A stretch of DNA of 64,000 bases from assembly GCA_051942205.1 (NCBI GenBank), contig JAVECO010000005.1:1-64000 (forward strand), written 5' to 3'. The notes beneath the pieces are model-generated. The model had not been told where the DNA came from. It did no database searches and worked only from the letters and a program-made list of their open reading frames with translations. The DNA is from Coniocarpon cinnabarinum. Its lineage: Eukaryota. Positions within the stretch are counted from its first letter, which is position 1, and every line of letters starts with the position of its first letter. The translations under genes were made by a program, and so were the position numbers. Shown one piece after another: positions 1-9,593 of the stretch.

Positions 1-2882
1 GCCTCTTTAAATATCTAGTAATACCCTTTAGTCTCTATAACGGTCTAGCATCTTTTTAAGCCTATATTAATAAGGCTTTATATAGCTTTCTCGATATCTT
101 TTGTACAGCTTATATAGACGATATTCTTATCTATAGCTCTAGCCTCTAGGAACACTAATAGTATATATAAAAAGTTCTATAAAGGCTCCACGAATTAGGC
201 CTACAAGTCGATATTTTAAAGTATGAATTTAACGCCTAGGAAGTCTAATACCTAGGACTTATTATTAGTACCTAAGGTATTTATATAGATCTAAAAAAGG
301 TTGCTATAGTTGCGTAATAGCCTATTTCTAGCTTAGTTAAAGACGTCTAAGGCTTTCTTAGCTTTATAAACTTCTACCGTCGATTTATTCCTAAGTTTTT
401 AAAGATTGTAAAGCCTATAATAGAGCTTATAAAGAAGGATTAAAGATTCTAGTAGACTAAAGCTTGTTAAGCAGCTTTTGTATAAATTAAGATACGTTTT
501 AAAGAAGGCGGTATACTAGCTTACTTTAACCTAGACAAAAGGACTGTTATTAAGCCTAATACCTCTAATTAGGTTACTGCTGTAGTTCTATCTTAATATA
601 ACAAATAAGGAGTTTTACGCCTTGTTATATTTATGTTAAAGAAAATACTTTTAGTAGAATGTAACTATAAAATCTATAATAAGAAGCTACTAGCAATTAT
701 TTGAGCCTTTAAAAAATAGACCGCTAAGCTTAAGTCTGTTGATTAGCCTATATAAGTCCTATCTAACTATAAGAACCTAGAATACTTTATATTAATAAAG
801 AAGCTTATAGCTAGATAAGCTTGTTAGAGCGAATTTCTGTCCTAATTTAATTTCTAGATTTAGCACCGCTTAGGCAAGTAAAATAGCAAACCTAATACCC
901 TTACTAGGATCTCTACTAACCGTTCCTAGTTAGTAGAGGACAACCGGGTCTAGTAGCGTATATAGCAATTGCTTAAGCTACATTAAATCCTAAGACCTAC
1001 TCTAATTAAACCTAAACAGAATACTAGTATAGACTAAATAGATATCAATTAGCAAGAAGCCTATTATATAGACCCGCTAGCTTAAAGAATCTAAGAAAAG
1101 CTTTAATAAGGCGCGGCTACTAACGTTAAGCTTAAACTACCTTACTACTAGCTAATAGAGTATAGGTTTTAGTACTATAAGAAGGACTACGTCCCTAAGT
1201 TAGTTAGAATAACTCTTTTGTAGCACTTTTATAAATTACCCCTATATAGATATCAAGGATCTGCTGCGCTCTTTGCCCTTCTTCGCTGCTAATACTTTTA
1301 GCCTAGTATGCACTAAGACGTTCCCTAGTTCTGTCGTAGCTACGAGAGCTGCGGACAAAACAATTACTCGACTAGAAAGCCCCTAGGCTTATTGTACCTA
1401 CTAGAGGCCCTCTAGAAGGCTTTCTATTATCTGACTCTTAACTTTGTTAGCCTGCTACCTATAAGCAAGTATAGAGGGCAGAAGTTTTAATACATCCTAT
1501 AAATTATTAATAGGCTTACTAAGCAAGTTTAGCTAGTTCCTATACTTAATATTACTATAGAGTCTACTATAGAAGCGTTTATTAAATATATCTTTCGATT
1601 TGCTAGGCTGCTAGACTCCCTAGTATTAGACCAAGGTTTAGCCTTCTTGTCTAAGTTTTAGAACACCTTCTATAAAAAACTAGGCATTAACTATAAGCTT
1701 TCTACCGCCTATTATCTAGAAACAGATAGACAAACCAAACAGGCAAATCAAACATTAGCAACCTACTTAAGGCACTATATTAACTACCTATAAGACAATT
1801 AAGCAAAATAGCTCTCTATTGCAGAGTTCTACGCTAACAACTATATTAATATAAGCACTAGTATCTCCCCCTTCTTTATAGCTTTTAGACACTACCCCTA
1901 GATATAGTTTAAGCCTAAATTAACGGCACACCAACCCCGGCCCGCCATAGGCTTTGCCTAGGACATAGAGCGTGTCTACTAATATTATAACAAGGCTCTA
2001 TAATTAGCATAGGCAACTTAGGTAAGCTTAGTAAACAAGCACCACCTACCAGCCCCCTAGTTAAAAGCTAGCGATCAAGTCTTCCTTAATATTAGGCACT
2101 TATAACGCTAAAGGCCCTTAGCAAAGCTTAACTTAATCTACATAGGTCCCTATAAAATAATTAGAATAAAGACGCCCCTAGTCGCCTAGCTTAAGCTTCC
2201 CTAAGGCATAAAGATTAACAATAGATTCTATATCTCTTTGCTACGTTTATGTTCCCTAGACGCCTACCCTAAACAACTACAGTAATAGCCACTACCCCTA
2301 GAAGTCTAGGAAGAAAGCCTACCCTTATATAAAGTTAAGGATATCCTAGACTTAAAGTATTAATACTATAAGCTCTAATACCTAGTTAAATAGGCAGGTT
2401 ATTAAGAACCAATATAGGAACCCTAGAAGAATGTTAATAATACACAAGAAACTAAAGACGCCTATTATTAAGCCTACCCTCTACGCCCTAGGCCTAGCAA
2501 ATCTATTTAGGCAATTAAACACCCTCTCTAAGTACTACAAAAAGAAATTAGATATTTAACTAGCAACAGTTTTGCCGCCCTATTCTAAGAGGTGGCTCTC
2601 TATAGTTAACTATACTACTGGCAGCAGCAAATAAGATACAATAGCTAAATATAAATATATCTAAGTAGGAGCTTAGTGCATAGAAGGGAGGAGTAATGTA
2701 AGAATTTAGACCTAGATATAGGGTATTACGTGATATAATAGGGTATACAACCCTAAGGGCTTAGCACACAATCATTTGAGATAGACTCGTTGCAGAGAAG
2801 CTTCCTTCTTCTCTATGCAACGTCCTTTGTAGTTAGGCCGTCCTTAGGTAGCAATGAGAGCTTCTAGGTCGCGATCCTTACA
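1..2882 (+). mobile_element. RIP-inactivated Ty3/Gypsy (chromovirus) LTR retrotransposon, 3' part, truncated by the window start
   Basis: Relic pol motifs in Gypsy order: RT AYIDDILIYS (~108-137); RNase H CNYKIYNKKLLAII and SNYKNLEYF (~660-790); integrase YLETDRQTKQ, the relic of HPETDGQTER (~1711-1740); chromodomain YKVKDILD...YLVK*AGY (~2328-2402). Many TAA/TAG stops and a strong TpA excess with CpA/TpG loss, as expected from RIP. Confidence 0.95.
2697..2882 (+). repeat. 3' LTR (186 bp) preceded by a polypurine tract
   Basis: PPT AGAAGGGAGGAG at 2682-2693. The LTR starts TGTAAGAAT and ends ATCCTTACA, a TG...CA 9-bp terminal inverted repeat with one mismatch. Confidence 0.85.
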
Positions 2883-3170
2883 AATAGAAGTATATTTAGA
2901 TATTAACTAGTTGATTTTACAAATAGTACTAAAGTTAAAGATAACTTTAGTTTTCTCCATTAAGTAGCTCTTCTAGCTTCTAATTAATTAATTTTTTAAA
3001 AATTATATCTAAATTATAGATATATACTGTAATTAGTATACTTGTATAATTATAGCACAATAGAAGTATATCATTAGTAGAAGAAAGGTCTCCCCTCTCG
3101 AAGTATAGGGTAGCTTAAAAGCTAGTTGATTATAATTCAACACTTGCTATTATTATCATTATTAGAGTCA
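2883..3170. repeat. AT-rich RIP-degraded repeat relic of unknown origin, probably the sequence the Gypsy element inserted into
   Basis: Very AT- and TpA-rich with no ORF, then an abrupt change to balanced GC at about 3170-3200. Confidence 0.6.
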
Positions 3171-3806
3171 ACTAATCAATTCAATCATCATCCCCACTAT
3201 TGTAACACTGAATCGCCACATGGGATTTAAGCTCTGCTCGAAGCGGGATGGCGTGCTGTCGTTTCTTGCGGCCTCTACTTCAAATCTACATGAAGGCACC
3301 GTCTCCCCAGCGTGCTAGACATTCTTTCCTTCGACTATGCCAACGTTGTGCTGACTGCCTGCGACGGCGCTGACCGTTCTAGGCTTCTCCAATCTCTCAT
3401 TCATCTACTATCTGGCCGACGTTCCTGCCGAACCTCAGACGATGCTGGAAACCTCGCGGGTGCGAGCAGCATGGCCCCGATCCGGGTGCGTGCTGGCCGA
3501 CCGCAGCATTGTGGCGAGCTCCCGTAGCATACTGAAGCGCTACAGCAAAGAGTGCAAGGTTTCCTAGTGTGTATAGGATTGAAGCATGTGTGGGACAGTT
3601 GGCCGCAAGTCACAAAGATGGATGAGGGCTAAAAGCCCGTGCGGGTAAGCGGCATGTAAGGAACGCTAGCCCCTTTGAAAGAAAAAGTCACGTGGCCCTC
3701 TGAACTTGTATGCTGAGACTGTTTGTCCTACGCGCCTGATACAAAATGAAAGAACTACTCTTTGTTCCTTCTCGACCAATAAGTTTTCCAAATCCTCCCC
3801 CACATC

Positions 3807-5183
3807 ATGCCTCTTCACATTGAATGTGCAGGGCCTCGACGGCCCTTGAAACGCTCTCGCAAACGCTCTCCTGACGAGACTAACTCTGGAGGTTCGCAAG
3901 CGATGAAGCACCATCAGCAGCTACCACCATCCCCATGGACACCCGACCATCTTCCCTGTAAAGCTGATCGATCTTGTGACCTCCAAGCTACCCCTTCATC
4001 ATTGCTAGAGCCCTCTCGACATTCGAGAAAACGTTCTGCTGGGGACGTCGATGCTACTTGGAACCCTGTCCCAAAGAAGCGCCGCGTTGAAGATTGGCTG
4101 ACGACACTTCCAAAAAGTCTTCCCGCCCGCGCGAGTAGTTGCCCTCCACGATTAGAAGACGGTCGTACATACATGATTCTCAACTCAACGGGAGAAGGCG
4201 AAGGACAGCGACCCCTGCTCAAAGTGCTCCAAGAGATGTCGCACTCACAGAGACAAAGTTCTGCTAGGGAGTCGGTCGCATCCGGCCGAAATTCGCGGCT
4301 CGGTACATCTCATTCTAATTATCGCAGAGTTCTCCGCAATAACGGTGTACATATTGATCACACGGGGGAGAAAATTCCGCCGGAGCTACGGAGCTTCCTT
4401 GATTCGGATATACTCAAGGAGAGGTCCTTGTGCTTATCGTCTGAGGAGATCACAGAAGCAATAAAGACCGCCGTCGAGATTGCAGACAGCCCGGAAGGCA
4501 ATGTATACGACCTCACGAATACAGCCTTGCTCCCAATCAAACGGTCTGATGTAGGGCGTGGCGGCAATACACCGTGGTATCCTGATGGCTTACCAAGAAG
4601 AAGGATCTATGACACACCTCTAGCAACCTCAAAGGCGGATGTTCACTGTGGTTACCCGACAGACCAGAGATCGACCTGGAAAATTGAGGAGAACGCAGTC
4701 ATAGACCATCAAGTAGCACGACGCCTCACGCAACCCGCCAAAGGCAACTGCTTCCCTTTCCTTGTATTCGAGATGAAGTCAGAGGCGATGGGAAGCAACC
4801 ACTGGCAAGCCGAAAATCAAGCCGCAGGCAGTGGCGCATGTAGCGTTAACGCAACGCGCTGGCTCTTCCGAGAGGCTTATGGCGTCGAAGACCATTCAGT
4901 CGCCTTTTCGGCTTGCGTCACCCACCGACTTGTTCTCTTCCACGTCCACTTCTACTCCGCAGCGGAGCAGGAAAATTACATGTCCTGGATCACAAATTTC
5001 GACACAATGCGCCAGGTCCAGCAGTGTAATCATTTGGTCCAAAACATACTTGACTATGGCCTGCGAGCTCGTCAGACAAAAATTCGCAATGCGCTCGCGC
5101 TACTTCATCCTATTCCAGATCACTGGAAGAGTTCTCGGCCTGCTAGTGTGATGAACTCGCAGAATCTTGGCGCGGATGATTGA
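3807..5183 (+). CDS. Intronless protein with a disordered basic N-terminus and a C-terminal PD-(D/E)XK-like domain (resembles fungal DUF7924-type proteins)
   Basis: 458-aa ORF with KADVHCGY...FPFLVFEMKS...AENQAAGSGA, matching the (P)D...ExK...Q layout. PKKRRV is NLS-like. The start could be 3807 or 3903. Confidence 0.7.
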   Translation: MPLHIECAGPRRPLKRSRKRSPDETNSGGSQAMKHHQQLPPSPWTPDHLPCKADRSCDLQATPSSLLEPSRHSRKRSAGDVDATWNPVPKKRRVEDWLTTLPKSLPARASSCPPRLEDGRTYMILNSTGEGEGQRPLLKVLQEMSHSQRQSSARESVASGRNSRLGTSHSNYRRVLRNNGVHIDHTGEKIPPELRSFLDSDILKERSLCLSSEEITEAIKTAVEIADSPEGNVYDLTNTALLPIKRSDVGRGGNTPWYPDGLPRRRIYDTPLATSKADVHCGYPTDQRSTWKIEENAVIDHQVARRLTQPAKGNCFPFLVFEMKSEAMGSNHWQAENQAAGSGACSVNATRWLFREAYGVEDHSVAFSACVTHRLVLFHVHFYSAAEQENYMSWITNFDTMRQVQQCNHLVQNILDYGLRARQTKIRNALALLHPIPDHWKSSRPASVMNSQNLGADD

Positions 5184-6332
5184 TGAAAAGCTTTAGTAAC
5201 AACAAGGGAAGGAAAAGTAAGGGCCGAGGTCGTTAAAGGTCACAGCTGGCATTTTGATGAGTTCAATAGAATCTGAATGTCAGTCTTGTTATCCGTATTT
5301 GTAGGCATACACGTCATTTTGGCGAATATGTGAGCACGGAAGCTCGTGGATCCATTGCATCGGTAAAGCTATGCTTGACGTCAAGTCTCGACGCGAGCAT
5401 AATGAGGAATCAAGCACAGAGAAAGGAAAGAGGGAAATTCTCCCACAAAGCACCTCACGCGTTACTAATACCGAGATCAATACTGAGCAGAGTCACTGTT
5501 TCTCTCAACGTGTTGATCACGCTATCAGTGTCGACCACCACATCTGAAAGCAGTGCATACCCGTGGTTCGCCCATGATCGTACGGGGTCTTCTCGATGTT
5601 TGTGCTTGCAATTGATCGCGGTTGCATTTCTGTCGACTAATTACCTCTTTGCCAATTGACATGGCTAGAGCTCTTCTCAAATTCTACAAAATGCTTCTCC
5701 AAACGCAACAGCAGACTATCGTGGGGACCGAAAATCAAAAATCGAAGTGTAATCTTCCAATTAGCTAGACGAGTCTTACGATACGTGAAAGTCTCATTAC
5801 AGTAATCTGAGGGCACTCTATTTTGCACTAGTTGACCGGGTCGGTGAGAAGACACCATCAGTCACATTTACCGAAACGTCTCCATCCTCTGAGTAGATTT
5901 TCATAAACCCAGGCTCTTTCTATTTGAGGCAGCACACCACGCTTTGCGGATATCCACCGTTTCCATGCCGCATGTGCAGGCCTCTTGACGAATAATGCTC
6001 CACAACGCGTAGAAGTTAATCTTCACACACTTTTGGTAATCATGAAACGTCACTTTCGCACGGGACGTGGCGCCCGGATCTCACGCAAGGAATCACAGAG
6101 GAGCACAGCTGACTTTATTACTTTATTAATTCGTGATGCAATTCGGAATTCGAACAACGAGACTAGGAATTTGATAAGGATGGGAGTGGAGACTCCATGT
6201 GTCATTGGGCATGTTGTGGGGTATTGGAAGAGGCGCAAATCTTCCTGTACGCGTGCGCGAAGGCTGTGAATTTCACTGCCTGTATATACATAGACTAAGA
6301 TTAGACGAATGCTGTCGTTGAAAGAACCCTCA

Positions 6333-6444
6333 GCGTCCTTCTCGTATCGTCCTTCCCATATCGTCCTTCCCATATCGTCCTTCCCATGTCGTCCTTCCCA
6401 TGTCGTCCTTCCCATGTCGTCCTTCCCGCATCGTCCTTCTCGAA
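6333..6444. repeat. Minisatellite, 8 x 14 bp (consensus TCGTCCTTCCCATR)
   Basis: Units are directly visible at 6333, 6347, 6361, 6375, 6389, 6403, 6417 and 6431; the outer units are degenerate. Confidence 0.95.
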
Positions 6445-7513
6445 GTATCATTCTGAAGAGCTTTTTCTAATTCATTCAAATAACTTTGCTCAGACTGCTT
6501 AGGACCCAAGTCGATGGAACGAACAGATGTTTTCCGATCATCTTCGCTAGAGCCGTCCTGGTGAGGACGACGCAGCATGAAGACATGGTATTCGTGGGAT
6601 TTTCGGACCAGAACCATGCGTTGGAGGTTTGGCGTCTTTTCTTTTTGGTCGTTTGAGAGTCAATAACAGTTCAAGACATTGACAATTTATGATATGGGGA
6701 TTTGATTCTTCGTGTAATCAATTAAAGCGAAGACGTAGAGAGAGAAAAGGAAAGGAAGAAAAAGATAAACGAGCCATCGTCACTAAGATTTCTCTATTTT
6801 CTGGAAGTGTAAGCATTGTAGATGATCATTTACTGATTGGAAATAACTATCGTTCATACTTATTGAAATTCAAGCGAAATCACGGCGCAGCGGGCGAAAT
6901 ATTCAAAGGGTTTAATTGAGCCATCGCCGTTACGGCAGTAGCTGATCCCAGCATTGCGTAGAATCAGAAAAAGATTATCAAATACCTCGGTGTCATCGTT
7001 GAGGAGGAAGTATTTGACGTTCAGAGCTTGGAGAAAAAATATTGATTAAGATCGTACAAGGAGACAATGATTTCGTTGCATTGCATTGCTGCGCGTCATT
7101 GCTCTCAATTTTATTTCCAAGTTTACTTCTGCCTGCGTTACTACTTTGCGATGCCTCTTCATTGTGAGGCTGAGGGCATTTTATAGACTCTTTAACGATC
7201 CATCGAAGATGCGTGAATCCCTCGGCGGAGTGAAACCTGTGGAGCGAAACGCTGATTCAGTCGCCGCATGAGGAGTGACTTACATCCCAGATTTGATCGT
7301 CCAATCATACACGTGATGCTCTTGTACCTGAGTCTTGAAGTTCGAAATGCAGTTGCTGCAGTATTGGCTTTCTATTAACGGTATGGTCCAGCCCAGCACG
7401 TGGAACGGAACTGCCATGAGCGATCCACGTCGACGATTCAGTTAGGATTGATGAGTTCAAGAATTCGAAGACAACAGTGACATCAAGATATCGCGACCGT
7501 CAGCTGGTGATAT

Positions 7514-8071
7514 GTGGCACTGAAGCCGCAAAGCTTGACCTGGTCAAGCGTACATGGCCTTGATTCTTTCTTACTCGTGAGCTACCGTCGGTCTCGATGG
7601 GAGAACATCAATGGTGTATCGGATGATGCATCTGCATTCGCTCATGCACGCTGGGGCAGCTTGAATGTTGCAGACCTTCGAGATCATCATCTGCATTGCG
7701 GATAATGCTCTGAGCTGTCTGCAGAGATCCACGGGCTGACCAGGCGAAGGCGAAGGCAAGCTCAGTGTGAGCCTGAGCCTGAGCGTGAATCGGCCCGATG
7801 CCTGAGGACTGACACGGCGGAAGGCTTAGATCGGCTTGTGGCTCGGATCGGTGTTAGCTTGGAATCGACGTGGAGTGCGAACCAGATTGAGGCTGACATC
7901 GGCGTGAGAGATGAATTGAAGTGGGGTTTGACCCAGCTTGATTCTCGTAGCGGCGTGAGGTTGGTATCAGCTCGAGGTTTGAACCGGCTCGAGGCTCGTA
8001 ACGGGCTGGCATTGGGATCCGTTGAAGGTGTGCATCGGCTTACGCTCAGCATCGGCTTGACGTCGGCGTAA
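7514..8071 (+). pseudogene. Possible decayed gene containing about five degenerate 51-bp (17-aa) repeats
   Basis: ORFs 7514-7705 and 7838-8071 share one frame interrupted by a single TAA at 7703. Repeat units: GLDRLVARIG / SANQIEADIG / GLTQLDSRSG / GLNRLEARNG / GVHRLTLSIG, 17 aa apart. Confidence 0.4.
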
Positions 8072-8462
8072 GTAAGAGTTTCGCGTTTTCTTGAGGTTTG
8101 CATCGGTTCCAAGCGGCGGAGTCACACAGGACAAACGGAGTGAGGCTGATGGACCGTGACTTCCACTGGTTTCCCGGTTTTTCCTCATCCGTACGCCTTA
8201 CGACGCTGTCCACTGACGCCATTCATGGTTTGTATCGAGCGTTTGACTTCTGCGACTTTCTGATTTTTAAGCCTTGAGCTTCTCCCTCCTTCTGCCTCGC
8301 TTTTCATCACAGCTGAATTCTCCTCCATCACTTCTTTAGGCCCTTAAAGAACATCGTCAGCACTGCATTGACCTTATCGCTTTTAAGGCCACCCATCGAG
8401 AATATCTTATCAAGAGTATCCCATCAGAGAGATTCCTACCAGCCAAGTCACGCATCGCAACC

Positions 8463-9593
8463 ATGCCAGTCACATTGAAGGTAGCCCCTCATGACAGCAA
8501 TGAGATCAAGTATAGGTCGCCAATAGCTACTCCGCATCAAGTCATCCGGAGTCTTCCCGGCGACCACGCCCAGAATTATGACGCAATCCTTGAAGGTTCG
8601 ATTTACGATGATCTTGATGGTGATCATGTGTATGCGGAGCCTTCGGGTTTCGTCAAGACGGCAATCACGGCATACAATCAGCACCTCCACCTCCGAATCC
8701 GCCCTGATGACATTTGGATCAGCATTCTCAACCAGTTGAGCTTCTATGTCAACAAACATTCGGAGGACTTGCGCCACCTCTTTGTCGAACATGAGGGAAA
8801 GAAAGAGCTTGTTGTTAGTGTCGAGAAAGAGCCTGGTAAGCAGTTTGGGAAGTTCATCTCAAAGATGAGCCTCTTGATCAAGGAGGAGATCAAGGATGCT
8901 TCCTTCCGGGAGTGGATCATGCCGGACTTTTCCACTTCTTCCGCCACGGATAAGACAGTCTGCTCGGTGATCATGATGGGGGCACTCAAGAATTACTTCG
9001 ACTACGTCTGCGAATTGGAGTGTGGCTTGCCATCCGTGACCCTTCTGGGCACAAAAGAAGATTGGGTATCACTTCGGAGCAAGCTTGCAAGACTTCCATC
9101 ATTCGGGGAAGAACCGACAACTTGGTCGAAGCAACTCGACCAGATTTTGCTGGGAATGATCAACACCTTCGATGGCGACAAACGTGAGGAGTCCGTCGGA
9201 TTCTGGCAGCGGATCGCCCATCATCAAGGCGGAGGGAGCGGTCCAAGTTGGTGGAGTGGCTGGATCACAGGCTTGTGCTTCTGGGACAGTACTGGCGAAT
9301 GCTTGTATCACGAAGAACCCTCCGGAAAGCGAACCCTCAAGCTGAACGGCGTAGATTTTCACCTTATCAAGAGTAATCAACTGCCAAATGGATTCGTGGA
9401 GGTTCCCGTCAAAGTGAACGATAACGGTCACGAATACGAGACAAACATCTTGGCCGGATCCTTCGCTTATCAGGGCACATCCAGCGACAATGCTCACGAG
9501 AGCAAAATCGATACCGTGCAGCCCCTGTCAACCTGGTTGATCTACAAGAAAACAGACTCGGATGCGACCTCGCAGACTTTTCCCTCTCAATGA
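8463..9593 (+). CDS. DUF4419 family protein
   Basis: 376-aa intronless ORF with GFVKTAITAYNQHLHLRIRPDDIW, FYVNKHSEDLRHLFVEHEGKKEL, PDFSTS, CGLPSVTLLGTKEDW and GGSGPSWWSGWI. Confidence 0.88.
   Translation: MPVTLKVAPHDSNEIKYRSPIATPHQVIRSLPGDHAQNYDAILEGSIYDDLDGDHVYAEPSGFVKTAITAYNQHLHLRIRPDDIWISILNQLSFYVNKHSEDLRHLFVEHEGKKELVVSVEKEPGKQFGKFISKMSLLIKEEIKDASFREWIMPDFSTSSATDKTVCSVIMMGALKNYFDYVCELECGLPSVTLLGTKEDWVSLRSKLARLPSFGEEPTTWSKQLDQILLGMINTFDGDKREESVGFWQRIAHHQGGGSGPSWWSGWITGLCFWDSTGECLYHEEPSGKRTLKLNGVDFHLIKSNQLPNGFVEVPVKVNDNGHEYETNILAGSFAYQGTSSDNAHESKIDTVQPLSTWLIYKKTDSDATSQTFPSQ

Noticed and set aside
2883..3071. 13-bp direct repeat AATAGAAGTATAT at 2883 and 3059
   Set aside because: It lies in low-complexity RIP-degraded DNA, and both copies are on the same side of the LTR, so it is not the element's TSD.
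5290..6050. Resemblance of the minus-strand relic to an RTC4-like domain or a Starship captain
   Set aside because: Only a few short words (for example FGPH) match and no tyrosine-recombinase catalytic pattern is visible.
6333..6444. CRISPR-like array
   Set aside because: The units are contiguous without spacers and the DNA is eukaryotic; it is a minisatellite.
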